A DNA stretch of 64,000 bases from Convolutriloba macropyga (taxonomy: Eukaryota). Both the position numbers and the translations under genes were made by a program. The notes under the pieces were generated by a model that saw only the letters and a list, made by a program, of their open reading frames with translations, ran no database searches and was not told the DNA's origin. Of this stretch, positions 25,684-38,852 are shown piece by piece; the stretch's first letter is position 1, and every line of letters begins with the position of its first letter. The stretch is taken from positions 70,556,001-70,620,000 of the forward strand of contig NC_134469.1 in the NCBI RefSeq assembly GCF_964194025.1, given 5' to 3'.

Positions 25684-25687
25684 TTAA

Positions 25688-26085
25688 ATGGAAGCATACT
25701 ATCAACAACAATCAGTCACCATACTATGCAGGACACTATTGTCAACGAGGTAGTGGGTTCCGCACTTTGGCAGCTGGAATTGGTAGGCATCATACCAAAA
25801 GCTAAGAAGTATTTTGACCTATTGCTAAAAAGATTGGAAAAGAACTGTTTGTACTGGCGGCACCAGAGATTGTTGACGTTTTCGCCAAAAAGAAGAGTAC
25901 TTAAGAAGCACTCAATTCAACTCTCCAGAAGCAACTCAGTGGCTCACGAGCTCGAATTGGATGTGGTCGTGGTGGAAATGTTCATAAAAACCAGAAACGG
26001 AGCAGTCCTGTCAAATCCTGAAAAATCATTTAGAGAAAACAACCGTTACGGGGAAGTCGGTCAGGATTCTTTTCCAAATTGAAAA
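25688..26085 (+). pseudogene. Polinton pVII-like basic core protein pseudogene
   Basis: MEAYYQQQ, then after a frameshift PYYAGHYCQRGSGFRTLAAGIGR, fitting the YY..Q / QRGxG motif. Confidence 0.6.
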
Positions 26086-26089
26086 TTGA

Positions 26090-27075
26090 ATACTTATTTA
26101 CTGTCAGCTGAGGCAACACAGAACTTTAGACTTGTTTGAAAAGCAGCCTCTTTGGCATCCTATTTTAGCAGTAACGCTCTGCACTCTCCGTTTTCAGACT
26201 GTACAGTCTCAGCAAATGGTGATGAATTGTCAAATACAAACGTCAACTACGCGCACAAGGCTTTCATAGAAACATAGTTTTTATCCGGAAAATTATCCAA
26301 GAACATTTGGTTAGTTTGTCGAGGCTATTCTTATGATGACGAACTGGCTAAAATTGGAGCTGAAAACAGGGTTACTGTTGTTGCTGCACGAAAAGCTTCA
26401 GTTGGTGACTCTGGAATGTTTTCTCCTTGGAAAATTGCCTGTGATATATTGACCTGTGACAAACGCCTTCTCTGTGTTGTAGCCCTACGCATCTTCAGAA
26501 AGTCTCCAAACAATTTTACCGTCATATCCGAATCTATTAAACATTACAGAGTAAAAATTGTGGAAGCGAATCTTTACGTGCGCAAAATGACCGTGACTGG
26601 TAATGTGTTGTCTGCAATTAAAAAAAACTAGCTTAAATCAACAGCGGTTTATCGGTACACAGAGGTGCTGCCAAGAACTTTGCCACTGCTGGCATCCGGC
26701 GTTGGAGTCTCGAAGACACCGCCAAAGAACCTGTTCGAAGAATGATTATTGCGTTTTCAACAAATCAATCATAGTAAGGAAGTGACAGAACGAACCCTTT
26801 CCATCACCAGAAGTTCAATTTGAATGGAATAGTGATTTATCGAAATGGATCACCGGTTGTTGGGACGCCTTTTTCAACAACTTTAGATCAACGTGTCTAC
26901 TTCAACACGCTTGAAGCTTTAAATTTTCTGGTTAAGGTGGTCATGGCATTCCACTAGCCGATTATCCAAGTCACTTCGTTTTGGCCTTTGACCTTACTTC
27001 AACACAGGAGGCTCCATACGATTTCGTTCACCCTGAATTAACAAATTTTTTTATTTCAGTGGAGCTCTTTGGGAA
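26090..27075 (+). pseudogene. Polinton/adintovirus major capsid protein pseudogene (internally deleted)
   Basis: LDLFEKQPL; NALHSPFSDCTVSANG..SNTNVNYAHKAFIET; VEANLYVRKMTV; VYFNTLEALNF..GHGIPLADYPSHFVLAFDLTSTQEA..FVHPELTN. Confidence 0.78.
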
Positions 27076-28850
27076 CTGTCAGACAATTGCTTTGCTGCCG
27101 TTAATGCCTCAACATCAGCATCATCGGGCAGCCATTGGCTACTGATTTGTAATTATAACAAAAATCAATTTATTTTGCTGATCCACTTGAGCAAGAACTG
27201 GATTGCTACCATTTTGCATACATCGACTGCTGCAGTTCTACATGGAAGTTGTTCAATTCCTCAGATTACAGCCAATTCAGAAACCTAACTCAAAACTTTG
27301 TGGACTCGTTTGTAATTGTATTACTCATATTATTTTCTGATATAGCTATCCATATGTACACTACATGAACGATGATGATTTACTACGGTTTGGTAGGCAT
27401 ATGATGTAAGATAAATCAAATAATTAAAACTTTTGTTTTCAGTAACAATTGTTTTTTTTATAAATAAGTTGCTTTTTTCCTTTGAAGCTAGATGGCTCGG
27501 TTTTCTGTTGAAAAAAAAAGTATTTTTAAAATTCAAATCGAAAATTAATTTGTACGCTATCGTTATCAATATTCATGGAGTCATATCAACTAATAATATC
27601 AATAATTTTTGAAAGTTCTGCATAAGAACTGTTCTGATAGATACATAAAACCGGTTGAGAGTACAAGCTGGTAGTAAATCAGTTTGAACATAAATATTCT
27701 CTCTGACAGTTTCCAGTTCTAAAATATTTGGAAGCTTTCTTTTAGAGCTATATAAATTTTGCTGATAATGGTGATTGTAAATGACTGCATGCTCCAAATT
27801 CTCCAAAGTTTTACCGTGAAAAGTGGTGTTTACAGATTGTGTTTGGTGGGGTAGAAGTCTGAAGCATGTGTTTTGGCAAAGAATTGAATAGGATTTCAAA
27901 GGAAATTTTGAAAGTCTCTTTTACTTGATCCAAAGCCGCAATATGATAATGTTTTTGTTTTTTTCTACAAACGTTATTCTCATGCAAACTGTAAGCAAAA
28001 TTGTTGTGGATTCCTTTAGTATCAAATATTGGCTCAGTTTTGCAGATGAAATAGTGAAATCTGTGAAACTGCCAAAAAAACTCAGTTGTTCGTTCAAACA
28101 TAGCCTCAATCAGTACTAATACTGTGTGTCACTCTCAGACTTTCTCTTCGCTTTCTTCTTTGATCGATCAGCAACCTGAGTTGATTTAATGCTCTTCGTC
28201 TCCGATGGGAACGCAAGATGATAAGGCCGTCGTCTCTCCGTTGTCTTTTTCCGTTTTTTTGATAGATTACTCTGAATGTCCAGTCTAGCTTTTCACAGAA
28301 TGAATTGTAGCTTTGAGTTAGTTATACAAACTCAGAATGAATCAAACTCAGCTAAAGTTAGTTTAATTCCCTGGTTGAACTTGAAACCACTTCTATCGCG
28401 ACTGCTATTATTCTTATTGTCTTGGATTTAATTAAGGAATTTATCCTTTTTGAAAAATTTTATCGTTATGTATGCTGCAGTAGAGACGTAAGTTTTTACA
28501 CAGGCCACTACATAACGTTTTTGTGTACAGAAAATATCGTGAGAAAGGTAAAAGAAGGAAAAATTGTCAACCACTGACATAGTTTGTTTTTCAAATCAAA
28601 CTCCAACTGAAACTCAAACAAATTCTGTCTGCTCTACATGAATACTGTGTTCATCTATAATAACAACACTCGCCAATGCAGACAGTTGAACATGTAAACT
28701 TATTCAGAAATATTTCATTGACTATGTCGTTCGACCAATCACAGTCGAATGCGACAACTACTCGTGTGGAATGACTTTCAGTAACGACTATAGTAGTTAT
28801 AGTATACAGTTAATTCTAAAGTTAGATGATGACTCAGATAGTTCTAACAA

Positions 28851-31800
28851 CAGCAACCACTTACCTCCCTAATTATTACCATATTTTGTTTTCATGTTTG
28901 ATCAAGTTAAATTTCACAAAATTTTTCCAAGTGTTATTTTATGAGGTTCGCCAGGTAAGATGAGGTCCACAAAGAGTCTTAACGTTCAGAACCAAAACCC
29001 GGTGCAAAATGCAATTCCGACAATTTCTTTACTTCAATTTTTTTTAATTTATATTTTTATAAGTTTCGGTAGATGATGAGGCTCATCAGGTAATACGAGG
29101 TCAACAAAAAATCGTCTTTCAGACCCGAAACCCAGCTGCAATTCCATTTCAATCGCAATTTTAATACTTTATTTTTTTAATTTTCCCAAAACTTTTCAAG
29201 GCTGCTTTTGATGATGAGTCTCACTAGGTAACATGAGGTCCTCAATAAATCGTCTCTGAGGCCCGAAAACCAGCTCAAATTGCATTTCACCCAATTTTAA
29301 TGCTTCAAATTTTTTTATTTTCCCAAAACTTTCTGCTTCTTTTGATGATGAGTCTCACTAGGTAAAATGAAGTCAACAAAAAATTCGCTTCAATTTTTAC
29401 TGTCTTTTTTGATTTTTTGATGGAATTTTTCTCTAAATCTTTTTCACAATCCAGTCATAGTCCATTCTTGTTCTAGTGTTGTTTAGTCAATGCAAATTCT
29501 TTGAATTGTGGGTCAGGACTTGTCCTGCTATGTTTTTTAAAAATTTGGTTGACCTTTTGATCACCTTTTTTTTGTTTTACAAGTCACGATTTTCACGCTT
29601 GACTTCTGACTTACCTCACTCACTGTTTCAACTGAATTGATTTTAAACTCTTTCACGCATTGAATTACGCAGTGTAGTGAATACTGTCAAAGTCAAAAGA
29701 GGAAAATCAAAGTAAACGGGATAAACCGGTAAAGCCCGGTCATTCAGCAACCACTTACCTCCCTAATTTTTAACATATTTTGTTTTCATGTTTGATCAAG
29801 TTAAATTTCCCAAAATTTTTCTAAGTTTTTTTTATGAGGTTCACCAGGTAAGATGAGGTCCACAAAGAACGTTAACGTTCAGAACCGAAACCCGGTGCAA
29901 AATACAATTCCGACAATTTCTTTACTTCAATTTTTTTCTAATTTATATTTTTATAAGTTTCGGTAGATGATGAGGCTCACCAGGTAATACGAGGTCAACA
30001 AAAAATCGTTTTTCAGACCCGAAACCCAGCTGCAATTCCATTTCAATCGCAATTTTAATACTTCATTTTTTTAATTTTCCCAAAACTTTTTAAGGCTGCT
30101 TTTGATGATGAGTCTCACTAGGTAAAATGAGGTCATCAATAAATCGTCTCTGAGGCCCGAAAACCAACTTAAATAGCATTTCACCCAATTTTAATGCTTC
30201 AAATTTTTTTATTTTTCCAAAACTTTTTGCTTCTTTTGATGATGAGGCTCACTAGGTAAAATGAAGTCAACAAAAAATTCGCTTCAATTTTTACTGTCTT
30301 TTTGATTTTTTGATGGAATTTTTCTCTAAATCTTTTTCACAATCCAGTCATAGTCCATTCTTGTTCTAGTGTTGTTTAGTCAATGCAAATTCTTTGAATT
30401 GTGGGTCAGGACTTGTCCTGCTATGTTTTTTAAAAATTTGTTGACCTTTTGATCACCTTTTTTTTGTTTTACAAGTCACGATTTTCACGCTTGACTTCTG
30501 ACTTACCTCACTCACTGTTTCAACTGAATTGATTTTAAACTCTTTCACGCATTGAATTACGCAGTGTAGTGAATACTGTCAAAGTCAAAAGAGGAAAATC
30601 AAAGTACACGAAATAAACGGGTAAAGCCCGGTCATTCAGCAACCACTTACCTCCCTAATTATTAACATATTTTGTTTTCATGTTTGATCAAGTTAAATTT
30701 CCCAAAATTTTTCCAAGTTTTATTTTATTAGGTTCACCAGGTAAGATGAGGTCCACAAAGAACGTTAACGTTCAGAACCGAAACCCGGTGCAAAATACAA
30801 TTCCGACAATTTCTTTACTTCAATTTTTTTTTAATTTATATTTTTATAAGTTTCGGTAGATGATGAGGCTCACCAGGTAATACGAGGTCAACAAAAAATC
30901 GTTTTTCAGACCCGAAACCCAGCTGCAATTCCATTTCAATCGCAATTTTAATACTTCATTTTTTTAATTTTCCCAAAAGTTTTTAAGGCTGCTTTTGATG
31001 ATGAGTCTCACTAGGTAAAATGAGGTCATCAATAAATCGTCTCTGAGGCCCGAAAACCAACTTAAATAGCATTTCACCCAATTTTAATGCTTCAAATTTT
31101 TTTATTTTTCCAAAACTTTTTGCTTCTTTTGATGATGAGGCTCACTAGGTAAAATGAAGTCAACAAAAAATTTGCTTCAATTTTTACTGTCTTTTTTGAT
31201 TTTTTGATGGAATTTTTCTCTAAATCTTTTTCACAATCCAGTCATAGTCCATTCTTGTTCTAGTGTTGTTTAGTCAATGCAAATTCTTTGAATTGTGGGT
31301 CAGGACTTGTCCTGCTATGTTTTTTAAAAATTTGTTGACCTTTTGATCACCTTTTTTTTGTTTTACAAGTCACGATTTTCACGCTTGACTTCTGACTTAC
31401 CTCACTCACTGTTTCAACTGAATTGATTTTAAACTCTTTCACGCATTGAATTACACAGTGTAGTGAATACTGTCAAAGTCAAAAGAGGAAAATCAAAGTA
31501 CACGAAATAAACGGGTAAAGCCCGGTCATTCAGCAACCACTTACCTCCCTAATTAGTAACATATTTTGTTTTCATGTTTGATCAAGTTAAATTTCCCAAA
31601 AATTTTCCAAGTTTTATTTTATGAGGTTCACCAGGTAAGATGAGGTCCACAAAGAACGTTAACGTTCAGAACCGAAACCCGGTGCAAAATACAATTCCGA
31701 CAATTTCTTTACTTCAATTTTTTTTTAATTTATATTTTTATAAGTTTCGGTAGATGATGAGGCTCACCAGGTAATACGAGGTCAACAAAAAATCGTTTTT

Positions 31801-34800
31801 CAGACCCGAAACCCAGCTGCAATTCCATTTCAATCGCAATTTTAATACTTCATTTTAATTTTCCCAAAACTTTTTTAAGGCTGCTTTTGATGATGAGTCT
31901 CACTAGGTAAAATGAGGTCATCAATAAATCGTCTCTGAGGCCCGAAAACCAACTTAAATAGCATTTCACCCAATTTTAATGCTTCAAATTTTTTTATTTT
32001 TCCAAAACTTTTTGCTTCTTTTGATGATGAGGCTCACTAGGTAAAATGAAGTCAACAAAAAATTCGCTTCAATTTTTACTGTCTTTTTTGATTTTTTGAT
32101 GGAATTTTTCTCTAAATCTTTTTCACAATCCAGTCATAGTCCATTCTTGTTCTAGTGTTGTTTAGTCAATGCAAATTCTTTGAATTGTGGGTCAGGACTT
32201 GTCCTGCTATGTTTTTTAAAAATTTGACCTTTTGATCACCTTTTTTTGTTTTACAAGTCACGATTTTCACGCTTGACTTCTGACTTACCTCACTCACTGT
32301 TTCAACTGAATTGATTTTAAACTCTTTCACGCATTGAATTACGCAGTGTAGTGAATACTGTCAAAGTCAAAAGAGGAAAATCAAAGTACACGAAATAAAC
32401 GGGTAAAGCCCGGTCATTCAGCAACCACTTACCTCCCTAATTATTAACATATTTTGTTTTCATGTTTGATCAAGTTAAATTTCCCAAAATTTTTCCAAAT
32501 TTTATTTTATGAGGTTCACCAGGTAAGATTAGGTCCACAAAGAACGTTAACGTTCAGAACCGAAACCCGGTGCAAAATGCAATTCCGACAATTACTTTAC
32601 TTCAATTTTTTTTAATTTATAATTTTATAAGTTTCGGTAGATGATGAGGCTCACCAGGTAATACGAGGTCAACAAAAAATCGTTTTTCAGACCCGAAACC
32701 CAGCTGCAATTCCATTTCCATAGCAATTTTAATACTTCATTTTAATTTTCCCAAAACTTTTATAAGGCTGCTTTTGATGATGAGTCTCACTAGGTAAAAT
32801 GAGGTCATCAATAAATCGTCTCTGAGGCCCGAAAACCAACTCAAATAGCATTTCACCCAATTTTAATGCTTCAAATTTTTTTATTTTCCCAAAACTTTTT
32901 GCTTCTTTTGATGATGAGGCTCACTAGGTAAAATGAAGTCAACAAAAAATTCGCTTCAATTTTTACTGTCTTTTTTGATTTTTTGATGGAATTTTTCTCT
33001 AAATCTTTTTCACAATCCAGTCATAGTCCATTCTTGTTCTAGTGTTGTTTAGTCAATGCAAATTCTTTGAATTGTGGGTCAGGACTTGTCCTGCTATGTT
33101 TTTTAAAAATTTGGTTGACCTTTTGATCACCTTTTTTTGTTTTACAAGTCACGATTTTCACGCTTGACTTCTGACTTACCTCACTCACTGTTTCAGCTGA
33201 ATGGATTTTAAACTCTTTCACGCATTGAATTACGCAGTGTAGTGAATACTGTCAAAGTCAAAAGAGGAAAATCAAAGTACACGAAATAAACGGGTAAAGC
33301 CCGGTCATTCAGCAACCACTTACCTCCCTAATTATTAACATATTTTGTTTTCATGTTTGATCAAGTTAAATTTCCCAAAATTTTTCTAAGTTTTTTTATG
33401 AGGTTCACCAGGTAAGATGAGGTCCACAAAGAACGTTAACGTTCAGAACCGAAACCCGGTGCAAAATACAATTCCGACAATTTCTTTACTTCAATTTTTT
33501 TCTAATTTATATTTTTATAAGTTTCGGTAGATGATGAGGCTCACCAGGTAATACGAGGTCAACAAAAAATCGTTTTTCAGACCCGAAACCCAGCTGCAAT
33601 TCCATTTCAATCGCAATTTTAATACTTCATTTTAATTTTCCCAAAACTTTTTTAAGGCTGCTTTTGATGATGAGTCTCACTAGGTAAAATGAGGTCATCA
33701 ATAAATCGTCTCTGAGGCCCGAAAACCAACTCAAATAGCATTTCACCCAATTTTAATGCTTCAAGTTTTTTTATTTTCCCAAAACTTTTTGCTTCTTTTG
33801 ATGATGAGGCTCACTAGGTAAAATGAAGTCAACAAAAAATTCGCTTCAATTTTTACTGTCTTTTTTGATTTTTTGATGGAATTTTTCTCTAAATCTTTTT
33901 CACAATCCAGTCATAGTCCATTCTTGTTCTAGTGTTGTTTAGTCAATGCAAATTCTTTGAATTGTGGGTCAGGACTTGTCCTGCTAAGTTTTTTAAAAAT
34001 TTGGTTGACCTTTTGATCACCCTTTTTTGTTTTACAAGTCACGATTTTCACGCTTGACTTCTGACTTACCTCACTCACTGTTTCAACTGAATGGATTTTA
34101 AACTCTTTCACGCATTGAATTACGCAGTGTAGTGGATACTGTCAAAGTCAAGAGGAAAATCAAAGTAAACGAGATAAACCGGTAAAGCCCGGTCATTCAG
34201 CAACCACTTACCTCCCTAATTATTAACATATTTTGTTTTCATGTTTGATCAAGTTAAATTTCCCAAAATTTTTCCAAATTTTATTTTATGAGGTTCACCA
34301 GGTAAGATTAGGTCCACAAAGAACGTTAACGTTCAGAACCGAAACCCGGTGCAAAATGCAATTCCGACAATTACTTTACTTCAATTTTTTTTAATTTATA
34401 ATTTTATAAGTTTCGGTAGATGATGAGGCTCACCAGGTAATACGAGGTCAACAAAAAATTGTTTTTCAGACCCGAAACCCAGCTGCAATTCCATTTCAAT
34501 CGCAATTTTAATACTTCATTTTTTTAATTTTCCCAAAACTTTTTTAAGGCTGCTTTTGATGATGAGTCTCACTAGGTAAAATGAGGTCATCAATAAATCG
34601 TCTCTGAGGCCCGAAAACCAACTCAAAAGCATTTCACCCAATTTTAATGCTTCAAATTTTTTTATTTTCCCAAAACTTTTTGCTTCTTTTGATGATGAGG
34701 CTCACTAGGTAAAATGAAGTCAACAAAAAATTCGCTTCAATTTTTACTGTCTTTTTTGATTTTTTGATGGAATTTTTCTCTAAATCTTTTTCACAATCCA

Positions 34801-36600
34801 GTCGTAGTCCATTCTTGTTCTAGTGTTGTTTAGTCAATGCAAATTCTTTGAATTGTGGGTCAGGACTTGTCCTGCTATGTTTTTTAAAAATTTGGTTGAC
34901 CTTTTGATCACCTTTTTTTGTTTTACAAGTCACGATTTTCACGCTTGACTTCTGACTTACCTCACTCACTGTTTCAACTGAATGGATTTTAAACTCTTTC
35001 ACGCATTGAATTACGCAGTGTAGTGAATACTGTCAAAGTCAAAAGAGGAAAATCAAAGTAAACGAGATAAACCGGTAAAGCCCGGTCATTCAGCAACCAC
35101 TTACCTCCCTAATTATTAACATATTTTGTTTTCATGTTTGATCAAGTTAAATTTCCCAAAATTTTTCCAAATTTTATTTTATGAGGTTCACCAGGTAAGA
35201 TTAGGTCCACAAAGAACGTTAACGTTCAGAACCGAAACCCGGTGCAAAATGCAATTCCGACAATTACTTTACTTCAATTTTTTTTAATTTATAATTTTAT
35301 AAGTTTCGGTAGATGATGAGGCTCACCAGGTAATAGGAGGTCAACAAAAAATCGTCTTTCAGACCCGAAACCCAGCTGCAATTCCATTTCAATCGCAATT
35401 TTAATACTTCATTTTTTTTAATTTTCCCAAAATTTTTTAAGGCTGTTTTTGATGATGAGTCTCACTAGGTAAAATGATGTCATCAATAAATCGTCTCTGA
35501 GGCCCGAAAACCAGCTCAAATTGCATTTCACCCAATTTTAATGCTTTAAATTTTTTTATTTTCCCCAAACTTTTTGCTTCTTTTTGATGATGAGTCTCAA
35601 TAGGTAAAATGAAGTCAACAAAAAATTCGCTTCAATTTTTACTATTTTTTGATTTTTCGATGGAATTTTTCTAAAAATCTTTTTCTCAATCCAGTCATAG
35701 GCCATTCTTGTTCTAGTTTTGTTTAGTCAATGCAAATTCTTTAAATTGTGGGTCAGGACTTGTCCTGCTATGTTTTTTAAAAGTTTGGTTGACCTTTTGA
35801 TCACCTTTTTTTGTTTTACAAGTCACGATTTTCACGCTTGACTTCTGACTTACCTCACTCACTGTTTCAACTGAATGGATTTGAAACTTTTTCACGCATT
35901 GAATTACGCAGTGTAGAGAATACTGTCAAAGTCAAAAGAGGAAAATCAAAGTAAACGAGATGAACCGGTAAAGCCCGGTCATTCAGCAACCACTTACCTC
36001 CCTAATTATTAACATATTTTGTTTTCATGTTTGATCAAGTTAAATTTCCCAAAATTTTTCCAAGTTTTATTTTATGAGGTTCACCAGGTAAGATAGGTCC
36101 ACAAAGAACGTTAACGTTCAGAACCGAAACCCGGTGCAAAATACAATTCCGACAATTTCTTTACTTCAATTTTTTTTAATTTATATTTTTATAAATTTCG
36201 GTAGATGATGAGGCTCACCAGGTAATACTAGGTCAACAAAAAATCGTCTTTCAGACCCGAAACCCAGCTGCAATTCCATTTCAATCGCAATTTTATTACT
36301 TCATTTTTTTTTAATTTTCCCAAAACTTTTTAAGGCTGCTTTTGATGATGAGTCTCACTAGGTAAAATGAGGTCATCAATAAATCGTCTCTGAGGCCGGA
36401 AACCCAGCTCAAATTGCGTTTCACGCAATTTTAATACTTCAGTTTTTTTGATTTTACCATTTTTTTAAAATTTTCTGTCGATCATAACGCTAACCAGGTA
36501 ATATGAAGTCACCAAAAAATCGTCTTTGAGACCCGAAACCCAGCTCAAATTGCATTTCACGCAATTTTAAAACTTCAAAATGTTCTATTTTTCACTTTTT
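28851..36600. repeat. Tandem array A: ~888-894-bp unit, 8 full copies + terminal partial copy
   Basis: CAGCAACCACTTACCTCCC starts at 28851, 29745, 30637, 31531, 32419, 33310, 34198, 35091 and 35984. The unit is ~3.3 copies of a ~135-bp subrepeat plus a ~360-bp segment nearly identical to 37403-37764. Confidence 0.97.
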
Positions 36601-36935
36601 TACACCTGGGCTAATGACAAAAGAACAACCACTAAGACAGCACTGCTACTTCTTAACTATCATCCGAAACAATCCATTTACACCAGAAACGTCAGAAACT
36701 AACAAAATTTACCAAAAATGTCTCCCCGCGTCTCGCGCAGCATTTTTGCCAAAACGCCAAAAACTACTTAAAGTTCGAAAAATTTTTGTGTCCCCCCCCG
36801 TTGCAAACACAGGGTCTCCCAAATGTCCCCACCCCTGTTGCGTGCCCAGGAAGACATTATACTATTGACTTTGCTACTAAATGTTTTTTCAAAGAAATCT
36901 TGGGTTTAGTCCGTAATTTTTTGCTCTTTTTGTGA

Positions 36936-38017
36936 TTTTAATAGCCACCGTCGGCCTCTCAAAGCCTAATTTTTTCGCGCTCTCCTTTTTTTACAGTTCA
37001 AAGAATTTGAAATCTATTGCGGCCCTGTCTCTTTTAAGATCTGTTCACACATGAATTTTGAAGGCGAACTGAAGCGATGATTTTTGCCAAAACAGGAAGT
37101 GGAGCTAAAAATGGAGTGGTTTTGCGGTGTGAACTTTTTTCATTCTAAATTATATCATTCTAATTTTTTGGTGGATCTATTCTGCTTCGCCTCCCCGCAG
37201 TGTTTTCTATGAACCCCAGCTAAAAATTATGAGTTGTTATATAGCACTTTGCTATGTAAAACTAATGCACGTGCGCTTGGGGGTCATAAAAAATGGATTC
37301 CCACTAAGCTGGGGGGGGGGGGGCAGAAGAGTTCCTTTTAAGAAGAGTGAAAAACGGTAAATGAACAAAAATTCACTCTCTGCTAATATTTTTTGCGGCA
37401 TTTTCGCTTCAATTTTTACTGTCTTTTTTGATTTTTTGATGGAATTTTTCTCTAAATCTTTTTCACAATCCAGCCATAGTCTATTCTTGTTCTGGTTTTG
37501 TTTAGTCGATGCAAATTCTTTGAATTGTGAGTCAGGACTTGTCCTGCTATGTTTTTTTTAAAAATTTGGTTGACCTTTTGGTCACCTTTTTTTGTTTTAC
37601 AAGTCACGATTTTCACGCTTGACTTCTGACTTACCTCACTCACTGTTTCAACTGAATGGATTTTAAATTTTTCCACGCATTGAATTACGCAGTGTAGTGA
37701 ATACTGTCAAATTAAAAAGAGGAAAATCAAAATAAACGGGATAAACCGATAAAGCCCGGTCATTAAGTCATAGTGCATTAAGTTATCAAAGTTCAGAGCA
37801 ATTGCTAGCTTACTTTATTATTAAGCTTGTTAGCATTCAGTTTAGAATCTGAATGAAGTATAGCTTTAGAATTTAACTGAAACTGCACACCGAATAAGAA
37901 GACATTTTTTGAAACTGAGGAAAAATTGTGTCAATTTTTATCGCTTTCTTTCTTTTTCTGTTGCAATCCCGATGTGCTTCAACGGCGGCTCTTTTCCGGC
38001 AATTTACCAGCCATGTT
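36936..38017 (+). mobile_element. Helentron-associated non-autonomous element (HINE/DINE-1-like), older copy
   Basis: Body is homologous to 61985-62892. 5' AGCCACCGT pairs with 3' ACGGCGGCT (1 mismatch), followed by a decayed CCGGCAATTTACCAG hairpin and CATGTT. An extra ~190-bp insert lies at ~37160-37350. Confidence 0.6.
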
Positions 38018-38852
38018 TTTGTCTTGTAGTCTCATTAATGGCAGGTCTCAACGGTCTTCTAATGTGTCATTATTTAATTCATTTGGAGGTTTGAGTTTGA
38101 CAATTGTGTTACTCATACACCAACTGTTTTCGAACAGCATGCGGGTTTTGACTGTTCCCTATCTCTCTCAGTTGGTAGACAATTATGACAAAGTGTGGAT
38201 GAGTGGGGCTAGAACTTTATGGGCGAATCATTACCTAAAAAGATGTTTTGAGCAGTTTACTCTGAGTCGTACAAGCTTCGCACCTAGTTGCAGGGTTGCG
38301 TTTTTGTTGACAGTTTTTCTTTAGAATGTTCAATCCTTATTTGCGTTTGTGCCTGTTACCAAATATTTGTTTAACGCTTAAAGTCTAACTATTTTCCTTT
38401 TGTTTGTGAAGTGATGTCTCATATCTGAGTTCGCAAATGGTTTTGGATTTAACCTCTGCGCCCAAAGAGTTATTGGGTTTTTTTTGAGTTTCTAAATGTT
38501 TGGCTTTTGACTTAAGCTGATTTAAAAAATTATTTCTAGCTTGAGTTTATAACTGAGTATTTTTTAAGTATTTGGAATTAATATTCGGAGGGCCTTGACA
38601 GTAGCTACAATAATCTATGATACGATTTAAGAATCCGAAGAAATATTGCTTGAGACACAACAAAGAATCGAGGTTTAATTTCAAGCAGAATTCGAAGAAC
38701 ACTGGAAATTTGTTTTCACCTCATTCATTGATTTTCTATGCATATTTAATTATCAATCAGGTAATTAATTCAAGTATCTGAGTTCTTAATTGTTTGGCAT
38801 GTCCAATCTCTGATTACAATGTGCTTAGGTTCGTAATGAAAAGTTTGTTTAG

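Larger units (their letters stand above)
24820..27075 (+). mobile_element. Endogenous Polinton/Maverick (adintovirus-like) virion-module remnant
   Basis: Minor capsid, core-protein-like and major capsid pseudogenes lie in tandem, as detailed in the next three features. Confidence 0.78.

Noticed and set aside
27300-28100. Possible LINE endonuclease remnants (also ~5975-6140) and ORF1-like sequence at 14400-15300
   Set aside because: Only faint motif echoes, not enough to call without a search.
28858-28870. ACTTACCT resembling the U1 snRNA 5' end; arrays as snRNA/SL-RNA/5S clusters
   Set aside because: No downstream U1, SL or 5S body, and no Sm site in a matching context, is recognisable in either array.
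29060-29270. Hammerhead ribozyme or C/D snoRNA in the array A subrepeat (TGATGAG...GAAAC; ATGATGA...CTGA)
   Set aside because: No CUGAUGA core with a pairable stem II on either strand. The D-box-like CTGA is in only one subrepeat type and there is no convincing terminal stem.
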